A stretch of DNA of 64,000 nt from Sediminibacterium sp. Lineage in GTDB: Bacteria; Bacteroidota; Bacteroidia; Chitinophagales; Chitinophagaceae. Each line of letters begins with the position of its first letter. The stretch's first letter is position 1. The notes under the pieces are model-generated. The model searched no databases and was not told where the DNA came from. It saw nothing but the letters and a program-made list of their open reading frames with translations. The stretch lies in NCBI GenBank assembly GCA_028687975.1, contig JAQTZD010000005.1, positions 2,905 through 66,904 on the forward strand, given 5' to 3'. A program made the position numbers and the translations under genes. Below, piece after piece: positions 21,201-31,155 of the stretch.

Positions 21201-21742
21201 CCCACAATATTTCCCGCTCCGTCTTTGATCGGGGAAATCAAAATAGATACGTTTACCGGAGTTCCGTCTTTCCTGAGCCGGATGGTTTCGTAACGATCCG
21301 ACGTCTGGCCTTTTTTGATCCGTTCAACCTGGGCCCTTTCTTGTTCAATCAGGTGTTCAGGAATAACAATGGCATTATTTTTTGAAATGATTTCATCGGA
21401 AGTAAATTCAAACATACGCTGAGCGGCATTATTCCAGCTCATGATGTTTCCGGACATATCCAGGCTAACAATGGCATCGTCTGTTGAGTTGATGAGCCAT
21501 TCAAAAAGTGCGTTGGGGGGTGTACTATCTTTAATAAGTTCTTTCTTCCCCGAAAAAAGCCCGGGGCGTAACCGACGAAGCGCCCAAACCAAAAAAAAGG
21601 CCAACGCAACAAACAATGCAATTCCCGTAATCGTATACAGTGTAGCCGTGTTTACCCCTGCCTGCCCCGGCCAGAAAGGATGAAGTAAAACTACATCCGC
21701 ATTGATGATCAACCAGAATGTATGAAAAAAAATCATGGGCAC
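18206..21742 (-). CDS. Membrane-anchored multi-PAS sensor with C-terminal HisKA/DHp and no HATPase domain
   Basis: One N-terminal TM segment and eight PAS/PAC units (ending DISEKK, DVTQRR, DISERV, DITERK, DVTEVK, DLTHVR, DITVRR, DITMQK). H-box SHLVRAPL about 55 aa before the stop. Start GTG 21742 or ATG 21736. Confidence 0.88.
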   Translation of the reverse strand: MPMIFFHTFWLIINADVVLLHPFWPGQAGVNTATLYTITGIALFVALAFFLVWALRRLRPGLFSGKKELIKDSTPPNALFEWLINSTDDAIVSLDMSGNIMSWNNAAQRMFEFTSDEIISKNNAIVIPEHLIEQERAQVERIKKGQTSDRYETIRLRKDGTPVNVSILISPIKDGAGNIVGISKIVQDISEKKLAAKKLEESEAKYKSIFENSPLPMWVLELPSFRFLAVNQTAIDHYGYSREEFLSMTAYEIREEQDRERLNLVDRNTPGYYMSKEIWSHLKKDGTKIDVEISAHNFIYEGHQARLIMSLDVTQRRESEARIQSLNEKIADREKMYRAVIENSFFGILLAKPDGTILESNKAASDLFGYTESEFRQMHRDQLFDLSSPEMQQKLKDRIQYGRIKGEITGIKKNGERFACEIASVIFTDTHGGLYTSNIISDISERVAAKRKEERNNALLIEAERIAQTGSVEIDAKTGERVWSWGFYKLLGYEPDSIRPDMNVFLGQLVPEDRDRYIQWYQGMIKDRVKRSSIEINLMRKDGEQRTFVALGLAYFDETGAVEKLIGVIQDITERKQYELQLEHSRQTALKDSALLKSIINSPKDVYIVALDKQLRLSTYTDGYNEHIRRLLGKDIQVGQDVFELIPGHLQEMSKQIFNRALNGEHFVLSQHLELTLGKTRIYENRYGPIVDQKGQVYGLTVFVHDVTEVKLIEQNNRLNEQRYSALFSGASDPIFIADVTTHCLVDVNSRALDLLGYTRAELIGMDIRLLHPPEEKEQIQHIFEQFARPDQDGANTNTAECHALHKSGKHIPISISAGSTFTIDKKMYSAAYFKDLTHVRASEIRVQRIGDLLNRAEGIAHIGSIEIDLQTQERIWSDEFYRILGYKPGEFKPEKERFLERIHADDREAYRKWYEKTVASPGITESFEVRLNRKDGAVRNLIISGMTYADDQGVLTKHIGVVMDITVRRILEADLIQSHDQLKKLTEMIPIAILQMESEPSGSVEIPFISRGIRNIYKGISTMDVMKNPHLITDWVVEEDRLLVQNMYKKCLSELTDLTIEYRVNLPKGGTVWVKLFYHPEVNETGNVVWYGYLEDITMQKQIHLNLERQNKQLKDIAWAQSHLVRAPLARLMGLVNMFKNGLVEKEEEHTFLDYLEHSADELDQIIKEITHKTILD

Positions 21743-22090
21743 TGATTAAAGTTCAACTGGGTATACACAATTTACTAAAAGAAAATTGTTCCCGGAAGTA
21801 CCGCCCGTCAATTTTTTACCAGTGTATGATTAATGCAGTTCATTTTGTACCGGCACTACACTTAATACAACTCGTTTACTCATGTATCTGCTACTTTTTA
21901 ATTGCATGGATAATAAAACTCGCGGCTGCTCTGGCATACCCTTCCATTAATTCGGCGTATTGCCTGTCGGATAAACGGAGTACTTTTTTGAACATCTGGC
22001 TGTTGATGATCGGAAAACAACAGATCGACTGAAGAAAAATGTACAAGAGCCCGGGATCTGTTTGCCTGAATAGAGAACCCATATAAAGCC

Positions 22091-22123
22091 AAAAAAGCCC
22101 CGAGGATTACTCCTCAGGGCTTT
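22091..22123 (-). terminator. Terminator of tRNA-Pro
   Basis: AAAGCCC-CGAGGA ttac TCCTC-A-GGGCTTT with an A6 run (U-tract on the minus strand). Confidence 0.75.
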
Positions 22124-22129
22124 CGCTTG

Positions 22130-22203
22130 TCGGGACGACAAGATTTGAACTTGCGACCCCACGCCCCCCAGACGTGTGCGCTACCGGGCTGCGCTACGTC
22201 CCG
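22130..22203 (-). tRNA. tRNA-Pro (GGG)
   Basis: Reverse complement CGGGACGTAGCGCAGCCCGGTAGCGCACACGTCTGGGGGGCGTGGGGTCGCAAGTTCAAATCTTGTCGTCCCGA; anticodon loop CT-GGG-GG, TTCAAAT T-loop; upstream TATATTTG promoter element; CCA not encoded. Confidence 0.97.
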
Positions 22204-22314
22204 AATTGATCCGGAATTTTACTATTCCGTGGTCACTCCCGTGTCATTACGGGGTGCAAATATAGGGCTAAAAGAAATTTTCAGGTTATATTGCAGGAAA
22301 TTTTCAAATTCTGC

Positions 22315-23577
22315 ATGAATATTCTTTTGAAGCAGGTACAGATTACCGATCCGAATTCTCCATTCAACGGTAAACCTTTCGACATACTTATTGAAGATAA
22401 CAAGATCAGTAAAATTGCCGCAGAACTCAACGACAAAGCCACGACAATCATCAACGAACCCGGTCTTTCCGTTTCTCCGGGATGGGTGGATATTTTTGCT
22501 GATTTCTGTGATCCGGGCTACGAATACAAAGAAACACTGGAATCCGGTGCAGCCGCCGCAGCAGCAGGTGGTTATACCAGGGTATTTACCCTACCCAATA
22601 CACAGCCGGTAACCGACCATAAATCGCTGGTGGAATATGCTGCCAGACAATCTGCCGGATTACCCGTACACATTCATCCCATCGGAACCATTACCCGCAA
22701 GGCAGAGGGCAAGGACCTGGCAGAAATGTATGATATGCTGCACAGTGGTGCAGTCGCATTCTCCGATGGCCTTCACCCCGTTCAGTCTCCGGGACTTTTC
22801 CTGAAAGCATTGCAATATGTAAAAGCCTTTAATGGCGTATTGATTCAGGTACCCATCGATAAGAGCATCGGCGCATCCGGTTTAATCAACGAGGGTATTG
22901 TATCTACCCGGCTGGGCTTACCCGGTATGCCTGCCATTGCCGAAGAGAGCATCCTGAAAAGAGATATAGACCTGGCCCGTTACGCCGGTTCCGGCATTCA
23001 TTTTACCGGTGTATCCACTGCAACCTCTTTGCAACTCATCCGCGATGCCAAAAAAGAAGGTCTGGCCGTTACCTGCAGTGTTACCCCCTACCACCTGTTC
23101 TTCTGCGACGAAGACCTGCAATCTTACGATACCTATTTAAAAGTGAACCCGCCCATTCGCAGCAAAGCAGATATGCTCGCTCTGAGAGATGCCGTACTGG
23201 ATGGTACGGTAGACTGTATTGCCTCCCATCATTTGCCGCAGGACTGGGATCACAAAATATGCGAATTTGAATATGCTTCTTTTGGAATGACCGGGCTGGA
23301 AACCGCATTTGCAGTGGTAAACCATCTGCTGGAACAATTGAGCAATGACAGAATAGTGGAATTGTTTTCTCTAAATGCCCGTAATATTTTTAACCTCCCG
23401 GCTACCCATATTACAGAAGGCGCACCTGCTGAGTTAACCCTCTACAGCCGGAGCAACCCAACCGTTTTGCATAAAGCAGATTTTAAAAGTAAATCGGCCA
23501 ACAGTGCTTTTACAGACAGGGAATTAACCGGTCAGGTAAGAGGAATCATCAACAAAGGAAAAATATACACCAATTAA
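22315..23577 (+). CDS. pyrC: Dihydroorotase (amidohydrolase superfamily)
   Basis: ETLESG--AAAAGGYT-V--LPNT-PV-D, KVNPP-R, DCIASHH-P; start moved from TTG 22291 to ATG 22315. Confidence 0.85.
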   Translation: MNILLKQVQITDPNSPFNGKPFDILIEDNKISKIAAELNDKATTIINEPGLSVSPGWVDIFADFCDPGYEYKETLESGAAAAAAGGYTRVFTLPNTQPVTDHKSLVEYAARQSAGLPVHIHPIGTITRKAEGKDLAEMYDMLHSGAVAFSDGLHPVQSPGLFLKALQYVKAFNGVLIQVPIDKSIGASGLINEGIVSTRLGLPGMPAIAEESILKRDIDLARYAGSGIHFTGVSTATSLQLIRDAKKEGLAVTCSVTPYHLFFCDEDLQSYDTYLKVNPPIRSKADMLALRDAVLDGTVDCIASHHLPQDWDHKICEFEYASFGMTGLETAFAVVNHLLEQLSNDRIVELFSLNARNIFNLPATHITEGAPAELTLYSRSNPTVLHKADFKSKSANSAFTDRELTGQVRGIINKGKIYTN

Positions 23578-23587
23578 AACCATTTAT

Positions 23588-24124
23588 ATGAAAGTTAACA
23601 TCATCAACGAAGGTGCTAAATTCGGTCTTATCTGCGGGCTTACTGCCTTACTCCTCATGTTTGGAAGCTGGGCCGCGGGCATCCGTATATTTACCTCCGT
23701 TCAGTTTTACGGCACTTTCGTTCCTTATATGATCGCTATCCTGCTCATCGGCGGATTCAATCTGAGAAAACAGAACGGCGGATTCCTGTCGTTTGGAGAG
23801 GCGTTGAAATTTAACTTTCTGGCGTATGCAGTTGCTGCCGTAATCATTGCTATCGCTACCTATGTTTTATACAATATCATCGACAAAGAGCTTACCCAGA
23901 AATCTGCTCAGATTGCTTTGGAAAAAACCAGGCAGATCATGGAGAAAATGGGATCCAGCGAGGAAGACATTGAGAAGGCCCTTAAAAATTCTGCTGAAAG
24001 CATGAAAGAAACCGGTTTAGGTAAAATCTTTCTGGGAACCGGACTGGGACTGATCTGGGATTTTGTGAAAGCACTCCTGCTCTCCGTAACCATCCGCAAG
24101 GAACAAAAATTTGAAGACCAATAA
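23588..24124 (+). CDS. DUF4199 family membrane protein
   Basis: Four TM segments with R----GG--SFGEALK motif and an acidic helical loop. Confidence 0.8.
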   Translation: MKVNIINEGAKFGLICGLTALLLMFGSWAAGIRIFTSVQFYGTFVPYMIAILLIGGFNLRKQNGGFLSFGEALKFNFLAYAVAAVIIAIATYVLYNIIDKELTQKSAQIALEKTRQIMEKMGSSEEDIEKALKNSAESMKETGLGKIFLGTGLGLIWDFVKALLLSVTIRKEQKFEDQ

Positions 24125-24130
24125 TCCTGC

Positions 24131-25072
24131 ATGAACTTATCCATCGTTATACCGCTTTTGAATGAAGAAGAATCGCTTCCGGAGCTTTGTGCCTGGATTG
24201 AGCGTGTGGTAACCAATCATCACCTCAGTTATGAAGTGCTGTTGATAGACGATGGCAGCACCGACAACAGCTGGGAAGTAATCCGGAAAATTGCCTCAGA
24301 AAATACCGCTTTCAAAGGCATTAAATTCCAGCGTAATTACGGTAAGTCTGCCGCCCTGAACGAAGGATTCAAAGCAGCGCAGGGAACTGTGGTGATTACC
24401 ATGGATGCAGATATGCAGGACTCGCCGGATGAGATTCCTGCACTTTACAAAATGATTACAGAAGACGGATACGATATGGTAAGCGGCTGGAAAAAAATCC
24501 GCTACGACAATACATTTACCAAGAATATCCCTTCCAAACTCTTCAATGCTGTGGCACGCGCCAGTTCGGGCATTCAGCTGAACGATTTTAACTGCGGACT
24601 GAAAGCTTACCGCAACAAAGTGGTGAAGTGTATTGAAGTGTTTGGTGAAATGCACCGCTATATTCCTGTACTGGCCAAATGGAGCGGGTTTAGAAAAATT
24701 GGCGAAAAAGTAGTAGAACACCGCCCCAGAAAATATGGAACCACCAAGTTTGGCTGGTCCAGATTCATCAATGGTTTTCTCGACCTGGGCACCATCATGT
24801 TCCTCGGAAAATTTGGCAAAAAGCCCATGCAATTCTTTGGATTGTACGGAACCCTGTTTTTCCTGATCGGCTTGCTATCCAGCCTCTTTCTGGTCATTTC
24901 AAAAATCTTTGATCCTGAAATGGGGCTCACCAATAAACCATTTTTCTTTATTGCACTGGCAACCATGGTGATTGGCATGCAACTGTTTCTGACTGGCTTT
25001 GTAGCCGAACTGGTGGTGCGCAATGCGGCAGAAAGAAATGTTTACCTGATCGAAGAGCAACTCGGCGTTTAA
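24131..25072 (+). CDS. Glycosyltransferase family 2 (ArnC/GtrB-like polyprenol-phosphate type)
   Basis: IVIPLLNEEESL, IDDGSTD, RNYGKSAAL, MDADMQD, two C-terminal TM helices. Confidence 0.92.
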   Translation: MNLSIVIPLLNEEESLPELCAWIERVVTNHHLSYEVLLIDDGSTDNSWEVIRKIASENTAFKGIKFQRNYGKSAALNEGFKAAQGTVVITMDADMQDSPDEIPALYKMITEDGYDMVSGWKKIRYDNTFTKNIPSKLFNAVARASSGIQLNDFNCGLKAYRNKVVKCIEVFGEMHRYIPVLAKWSGFRKIGEKVVEHRPRKYGTTKFGWSRFINGFLDLGTIMFLGKFGKKPMQFFGLYGTLFFLIGLLSSLFLVISKIFDPEMGLTNKPFFFIALATMVIGMQLFLTGFVAELVVRNAAERNVYLIEEQLGV

Positions 25073-25093
25073 TTCGTTCATTCAACCACCTGC

Positions 25094-26245
25094 ATGAAGC
25101 AAGAACTGATACTTATCGGAACCACCTGGCCTTTCAGAGGGGGCGGTATTGCCTCATTCAACGAAAGGTTGGCGAGGGCTTTTCAGGAGCAGGGATTTAA
25201 AGTAACCATTTATACTTTCTCGCTCCAGTATCCTTCATTTTTGTTTCCCGGAAAATCTCAATACAGCAACACATTGCCTCCGGAAGACCTGGATATTCAT
25301 GTAACCATCAATTCGGCGAATCCGCTCAACTGGATCAGGATGGGCAGGATTATCCGCAATCAGAACGCACCCATTGTGCTGGTCCGTTACTGGCTGCCCT
25401 TTATGGGGGCCTGTTTGGGTACCATTCTCCGGATCGTTAAAAAAAATAAGGTATCCCGAATCATCTGCATTGCAGACAACATCATCCCGCACGAAAAAAG
25501 ACCCGGCGATCAGGCACTCACCAGGTACTTTGTGCAGCCCATTGACGGTTTCATTACCCTGAGCAAAAAAGTTGCCGCCGATCTGAAACAGTTTAGCAGT
25601 AAAAAAGTCCTTACGGTTCAGCATCCTTTGTACGATCATTTTGGCGAGCTGATGCGCAAAGAAGATGCCCGAAAAAAATTAAAACTCCCTGCCGAAGGAA
25701 GGTTCATCCTCTTCTTCGGATTCATCCGGAAATACAAAGGGCTGGATCTGTTACTCCAGGCTCTGGCTTTGCTGCAAAACGAACAGAAAAGCCATCCTTC
25801 CTTCGAAATACCCAGGCTGATCATTGCAGGGGAATTTTATGAGGAGGAGAAAATATATACCGACCTGATCCTCGAACTGGGCATCGGCCATTTAATTGAT
25901 TCCTTTACCCATTTTATTCCGGATGAGGAAGTAAAATATTACCTGAACGCCTGCGACTTTGTAATTCAGCCATACAGAAACGCTACCCAAAGTGGCGTTA
26001 CTCCCCTGGCCTATCATTTTGAAAAGCCGATGCTGGTAACCAATGTTGGGGCGCTGCCGGATATGGTTCTCGAAGACCAAAGCGGCATCGTGACCGAACC
26101 CACTGCAGAATCCATTGCAACAGGAATCAAAAAACTCTATGAATTAGGTGAGGAACATTTTTTGTTTCAACTTCGCAACCAGAAAAAAAAGTACAGCTGG
26201 GAACAACTGACGTCCGCCATTGTTTCCCTGGCTCAAAATACATAA
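25094..26245 (+). CDS. Glycosyltransferase family 4
   Basis: FFGFIRKYKGLD, PYRNATQSGV, TNVGAL. Confidence 0.9.
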   Translation: MKQELILIGTTWPFRGGGIASFNERLARAFQEQGFKVTIYTFSLQYPSFLFPGKSQYSNTLPPEDLDIHVTINSANPLNWIRMGRIIRNQNAPIVLVRYWLPFMGACLGTILRIVKKNKVSRIICIADNIIPHEKRPGDQALTRYFVQPIDGFITLSKKVAADLKQFSSKKVLTVQHPLYDHFGELMRKEDARKKLKLPAEGRFILFFGFIRKYKGLDLLLQALALLQNEQKSHPSFEIPRLIIAGEFYEEEKIYTDLILELGIGHLIDSFTHFIPDEEVKYYLNACDFVIQPYRNATQSGVTPLAYHFEKPMLVTNVGALPDMVLEDQSGIVTEPTAESIATGIKKLYELGEEHFLFQLRNQKKKYSWEQLTSAIVSLAQNT

Positions 26246-26247
26246 CC

Positions 26248-26823
26248 ATGCAGAATCGTATTACATCCATTATCGGAGCTTCCATAGAAGTAAAGCAGGC
26301 CATGCTGGCCGACCCCGTCATTCAGCAAACACTGGAGCAGGTCATTGAAGCAGTAACTATTTCTTTTAAGAACGGACACAAAGTAATGTTCTGTGGCAAT
26401 GGCGGAAGCGCAGCAGACGCGCAGCACCTTGCGGCAGAATTCTCCGGTCGTTTCTACAAAAACAGGCGGGCGCTTCCTTCCGATGCATTGCACTGCAACA
26501 CATCTTATTTAACTGCGGTAGCCAACGATTACAGTTACGACGATATTTATGCAAGACTGGTGGAAGGCACCATGGAAAAAGGAGATGTTTTGATTGGTTT
26601 AACCACTTCCGGCAACTCTCCCAATATTGTGAAAGCATTTGAAGCCGCCAGGGTAAAAGGCATTCAGACAGTTGGTTTCACCGGCAGTACCGGTGGCAAA
26701 CTCAAAGCTGTTTCCGATTTTTTACTGAATGTTCCTTCCAATACCACCCCGCGTATCCAGGAGAGCCATATTCTGCTCGGACATATTATTTGTGAACTGG
26801 TAGAAGACGCTTTATTTAGTTAG
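26248..26823 (+). CDS. gmhA: Phosphoheptose (sedoheptulose-7-phosphate) isomerase
   Basis: CGNGGSAADAQHLAAEF, ANDYSY, TTSGNS, RIQESH. Confidence 0.93.
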   Translation: MQNRITSIIGASIEVKQAMLADPVIQQTLEQVIEAVTISFKNGHKVMFCGNGGSAADAQHLAAEFSGRFYKNRRALPSDALHCNTSYLTAVANDYSYDDIYARLVEGTMEKGDVLIGLTTSGNSPNIVKAFEAARVKGIQTVGFTGSTGGKLKAVSDFLLNVPSNTTPRIQESHILLGHIICELVEDALFS

Positions 26824-26824
26824 T

Positions 26825-27391
26825 ATGCTGAGACTGAACCTGATGCCCCCCGACTGGACATTGTTCCTGGACAGGGATGGCGTGATCAATCACGAAAAAG
26901 AAAATGACTACGTATTGAACTGGGATGAATTTCAGTTCTACGAAGACAGCCTGACCGCCATTCCGCTGTTGAACCGATGCTTTCAACGAATTGTAATTAC
27001 GACCAACCAGAAAGGTGTGGGCAAGGGACTGATGACCCCGGAAGACCTGGAAACCATTCACAGCAATATGCTCCGTTCCATTGAGACTGCTGGCGGACAC
27101 ATTGATCGGGTATATTTCTGTACCGATCTGGACAATGATTCTCCCAACAGAAAACCACAGCCTGGCATGGCTTTTCAGGCACAGAAGGATTTCCCTGAAA
27201 TCAATTTTTCCAAAAGCATCATGGTAGGCAACCGGATGAGCGATATGCAATTTGGCCGGAATGCCGGTATGCACACGGTATACCTGGCCACTACCCACCC
27301 CGAAGCGCCCTTTCCCGATCCGCAGGTGGATCTGCGGTTTACCGACCTGCTCAGCTTTGCGGAAGCCTGTGTCAGCATGACCCGTCGCTGA
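26825..27391 (+). CDS. gmhB: D-glycero-D-manno-heptose-1,7-bisphosphate phosphatase (HAD-IIIA)
   Basis: FLDRDGVIN, TNQKG, RKPQPGM; adjacent to gmhA. Confidence 0.85.
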   Translation: MLRLNLMPPDWTLFLDRDGVINHEKENDYVLNWDEFQFYEDSLTAIPLLNRCFQRIVITTNQKGVGKGLMTPEDLETIHSNMLRSIETAGGHIDRVYFCTDLDNDSPNRKPQPGMAFQAQKDFPEINFSKSIMVGNRMSDMQFGRNAGMHTVYLATTHPEAPFPDPQVDLRFTDLLSFAEACVSMTRR

Positions 27392-27489
27392 GACCAGTGT
27401 TTAAGGAAATGATAAAGTTCCCGGCAGAGTCTTTTAAGTTGCACAGTTTGAGTGTAAATTGCTTACAGTAGTATCTGACAACTGATCAC

Positions 27490-28323
27490 ATGAAAAAACA
27501 ACTTGTTTTATCCCTTCTGCTGGTATTGGCATTGGGCAGCTTTGCACAAACTCCTCCCGACCGGACCAGGTTGCGGGAAATGGAGCAAAATCTCAGTGTA
27601 TTTGCCCACAACATCCTGAATGCAGATGATGTGGAAGACCGGCTAAGAGCAGATAGTTTTTTTACCAGGAACCTGGTGCAGGCGCTGAAAGTACCTTACT
27701 CCTTTCACCATCCTTTTGATTCATTGAAAACCATTTCCAGGATCTATGCACCCGACAGCAGTTTCAGAATAATTACCTGGCAATTGATGAAGGATTTTTC
27801 TTACTACCGCTACAAGGGAGCCATACAACTCAATACCAAAGACGGTTCGCTGAAACTGATCCCGTTGTACGACGGCACCGACTTTACCGATAACCCGACA
27901 GACTCCGTCAGAAGCAATCTGAACTGGATTGGGGCAGTGTACTACAACATCATCCTGAAGAAATACAACAACAAGAACTATTACACGCTGTTGGGCTACG
28001 ACGAAAACGATGCACGCAGCACCAAAAAATGGATTGAAGTATTGACGTTTGATCAGCAGAACCGGCCTGTATTTGGTGGTCGTTATTTCAGCTATCCCAA
28101 CGATCCCATCAAACCTGCGCAACCGGCATACCGGTTTTGCCTGGAGTTTAAAAAAGATGCTAATGCAAAACTGAACTATGATTCCGAGCTGGACCTGATC
28201 ATTTTTGCTAAACTGGTGAGTGAAACCGGTGAAGTCAGTAAAAAGCATACGCTGGTTCCCTACGGAACAATCGAGGGCTTTCAGTGGCAGTTGGGTAAAT
28301 GGGTATACATTCCTCCCAGATAA
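27490..28323 (+). CDS. Exported hypothetical protein
   Basis: Clean signal peptide and 277 aa ORF with typical codon usage; no function recognised. Confidence 0.8.
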   Translation: MKKQLVLSLLLVLALGSFAQTPPDRTRLREMEQNLSVFAHNILNADDVEDRLRADSFFTRNLVQALKVPYSFHHPFDSLKTISRIYAPDSSFRIITWQLMKDFSYYRYKGAIQLNTKDGSLKLIPLYDGTDFTDNPTDSVRSNLNWIGAVYYNIILKKYNNKNYYTLLGYDENDARSTKKWIEVLTFDQQNRPVFGGRYFSYPNDPIKPAQPAYRFCLEFKKDANAKLNYDSELDLIIFAKLVSETGEVSKKHTLVPYGTIEGFQWQLGKWVYIPPR

Positions 28324-28336
28324 TGATGCGAATGTA

Positions 28337-30121
28337 TTAATCCAGCTTCAGTACGGCAAGGAATGCTTCCTGAGGAATTTCCACATTACCGATCTGGCGC
28401 ATACGCTTCTTACCTTCTTTCTGCTTCTCCAGCAATTTCCGCTTACGGCTGATATCACCACCATAACATTTGGCAGTTACGTCTTTGCGGATAGCACTGA
28501 TGTTTTCGCGGGCAATCACTTTTGCACCAATGGCAGCCTGAATAGCAATCTGGAACTGCTGACGGGGCAGCAATTCTTTTAGTTTCTCACAAAGCTTTCT
28601 GCCGAAGTCGTTGGCTCGGCTTCTGTGAATGAGGGCACTCAGTGCATCCACTTTTTCGTTGTTCAGCAGGATGTCCATTTTCACAATATCTGCATCACGG
28701 TTATCGATGGGCGAATAATCGAAGGAAGCGTATCCGCGGGTAGAGCTTTTCAGTTTATCGTAGAAATCGAATACGATCTCGGTCAGTGGCATTTCAAAAA
28801 TGAGTTCCACCCTGGTTGGGGTAAGGTAACTCTGGTTAATCAGGATACCACGTTTGCCCAAACAAAGGGTCATAATGTTGCCGATATAATCGGGCAGAGT
28901 AATGATCTGCGCTTTAATGAACGGCTCTTCGATGCGGTCTACCTTAACCGGATCGGGCATTTCAACAGGGTTGTTCACCAGGATCTTTTCGCCCCTGGTG
29001 GTATAGGCATTGAAACTAACGTTCGGCACGGTGGTAATCACGGTCTGGTTGAATTCCCGCTCCAGCCTTTCCTGAATAATTTCCATGTGCAGGAGCCCCA
29101 GGAATCCGCAACGGAATCCAAAGCCCAGCGCCTGGGAGGTTTCCAGTTCAAAAGTGAGCGATGCGTCGTTCAGTTGCAGTTTGTCCATGCAATCGCGTAA
29201 CTCCTCAAACTCGTCGGTATTCACCGGAAAGATTCCGGCAAATACCATGGGCTTCACTTCCTCAAATCCGTGAATCATTTCACCCGGATTATTAGCCAGC
29301 GTAAGCGTATCACCTACTTTTACTTCTTTGGCATTTTTGATACCCGTAATAATGTATCCCACATCTCCCGCACTCACTTCGTCCTTCGGGGTCATATTCA
29401 GTTTTAAAACCCCCACTTCATCTGCAATATAGTCTTTGCCCGTAGCTACAAAACGGATTTTGTCTCCTTTGCGCAGCGTACCGTTCATGATCCGGTAATA
29501 AATGATGATACCCCGGAAACTATTGTACACACTGTCGAAGATCAGGGCCTGCAAAGGCGCGTCCACGCTGCCTTCCGGAGCAGGTATCCTTTCCACAATG
29601 GCCTGTAAAATTTCTTCAATACCAATACCGGATTTACCGCTGGCCAGCAAGATATCTTCCTGCTTACAGCCAATCAGGTCTATGATCTGGTCGGTTACTT
29701 CCGGAATTTTGGCTCCGTCCATATCGATCTTGTTGATCACCGGAATAATTTCCAGGTCGTTGTCGATGGCCAGGTAAAGGTTACTGATCGTTTGCGCCTG
29801 AATACCCTGAGAAGCATCCACCAGCAGCAGAGCGCCTTCGCAGGCTGCCAGTGCACGGCTCACTTCGTAACTGAAGTCTACGTGTCCGGGTGTATCTATC
29901 AGGTTCAGTACGTATTCAACCCCTTTGTGTTTATAATTGATTTGAATGGCGTGGCTCTTAATAGTAATACCTTTCTCCCGCTCCAGGTCCATATCATCCA
30001 ATACCTGGTTCATCATATCGCGCTCCCCGATGGTTTTGGTATGCTCCAGCAATCTGTCTGCCAGGGTACTTTTACCATGATCAATGTGGGCGATAATACA
30101 AAAATTCCGAATCTGCTTCAT
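28337..30121 (-). CDS. lepA: Translation elongation factor 4 (LepA)
   Basis: [61 protein letters not shown]; start moved to 30121. Confidence 0.99.
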   Translation of the reverse strand: MKQIRNFCIIAHIDHGKSTLADRLLEHTKTIGERDMMNQVLDDMDLEREKGITIKSHAIQINYKHKGVEYVLNLIDTPGHVDFSYEVSRALAACEGALLLVDASQGIQAQTISNLYLAIDNDLEIIPVINKIDMDGAKIPEVTDQIIDLIGCKQEDILLASGKSGIGIEEILQAIVERIPAPEGSVDAPLQALIFDSVYNSFRGIIIYYRIMNGTLRKGDKIRFVATGKDYIADEVGVLKLNMTPKDEVSAGDVGYIITGIKNAKEVKVGDTLTLANNPGEMIHGFEEVKPMVFAGIFPVNTDEFEELRDCMDKLQLNDASLTFELETSQALGFGFRCGFLGLLHMEIIQERLEREFNQTVITTVPNVSFNAYTTRGEKILVNNPVEMPDPVKVDRIEEPFIKAQIITLPDYIGNIMTLCLGKRGILINQSYLTPTRVELIFEMPLTEIVFDFYDKLKSSTRGYASFDYSPIDNRDADIVKMDILLNNEKVDALSALIHRSRANDFGRKLCEKLKELLPRQQFQIAIQAAIGAKVIARENISAIRKDVTAKCYGGDISRKRKLLEKQKEGKKRMRQIGNVEIPQEAFLAVLKLD

Positions 30122-30128
30122 AAGGCGG

Positions 30129-30165
30129 CAAAGATAGGTCGTATGGGTATATGGCGCTAAATTTG
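30129..30165. promoter_or_regulatory. Back-to-back Bacteroidota -7 promoter elements for lepA (TATCTTTG, minus strand) and sua5 (TAAATTTG, plus strand)
   Basis: Both match the TAnnTTTG consensus and lie 7 and 5 nt before the respective ATGs. Confidence 0.7.
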
Positions 30166-30170
30166 CACCC

Positions 30171-31142
30171 ATGATGTTTACCGAAACCGGAGTTGATGTA
30201 AAAAAAGCGGCTGAATTCCTTCGAAAAAACGAATTGGTGGCCATTCCCACCGAAACTGTTTACGGACTGGCGGGCAATGCACTCAGTGAAACAGCTGTGG
30301 CAAAAATCTATGCAGCCAAGAACCGGCCTGCTTTTAATCCGCTGATTTTGCATGTTTCCGGGATAGACCAGATAGATCGGTATGCCATGGCAGATCCACA
30401 CAGCAGGCAAATAGCCAGGGCGCTGATGCCGGGACCCATTACCCTGCTCCTGCCTAAAAAAACGACCGTGCCGGATATCACCACCGCCGGAAGCGGAAAG
30501 GTAGCCATCCGGGTACCGGACCACCCGCTTACCCTGGAACTGTTGAAGGAACTGGATTTTCCGCTGGCAGCACCCAGTGCGAATCCTTCAGGATACATCA
30601 GCCCCACTACAGCAGCACATGTTCAGGAAGGGCTTAACGGAAAAATTGCGTACATACTTAATGGAGGGCCGGCCCATATTGGACTGGAATCCACCATCTG
30701 CGAGGTATCGTGTAATCAAATCCTGCTTCATCGTGCCGGAGGTATTTCTGCAAAAACCTTAACAGCTATTACCGGACTGGAAGTGGTATTGCCCGAGGCA
30801 AAACACGCCCATGCGCCACATACGCCGGGGCAGATGAAAAGCCATTATGCTCCCAACACACCCTTGTTCAGGGGAAATATTGAACAGTTGATCAACAACT
30901 ATCCCGGCAAAAAAATCGGAGTCATTAGCTTCAGCAAAACTTATGCAGACCTGCCGCTGGTAAGCAGTTATGTTTTGTCTCCTTCGGGCAATCTGGCAGA
31001 GGCAGCCAACCGGCTGTTCGCCACACTCAGAGAGGTAGACGCACAGGACTTTGATGTAATTTTAACGGAAGTATTTCCGGAAGAAGGAATCGGCTCTGCC
31101 ATCAACGACCGTTTAGACAGAGCCCAATTTCTTCATAAATAA
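30171..31142 (+). CDS. sua5: L-threonylcarbamoyladenylate synthase with Sua5 C-terminal domain
   Basis: [40 protein letters not shown]. Confidence 0.93.
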   Translation: MMFTETGVDVKKAAEFLRKNELVAIPTETVYGLAGNALSETAVAKIYAAKNRPAFNPLILHVSGIDQIDRYAMADPHSRQIARALMPGPITLLLPKKTTVPDITTAGSGKVAIRVPDHPLTLELLKELDFPLAAPSANPSGYISPTTAAHVQEGLNGKIAYILNGGPAHIGLESTICEVSCNQILLHRAGGISAKTLTAITGLEVVLPEAKHAHAPHTPGQMKSHYAPNTPLFRGNIEQLINNYPGKKIGVISFSKTYADLPLVSSYVLSPSGNLAEAANRLFATLREVDAQDFDVILTEVFPEEGIGSAINDRLDRAQFLHK

Positions 31143-31155
31143 GATCCCGATTGTT

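Noticed and set aside
21891-22082. Small minus-strand ORF between tRNA-Pro and the PAS gene (34-63 aa)
   Set aside because: No promoter element, motif or other coding support; it lies just past the tRNA terminator.
18170-22130. PAS gene as an island integrated at tRNA-Pro
   Set aside because: No duplicated tRNA-Pro 3' end or integrase was found; position alone is insufficient.
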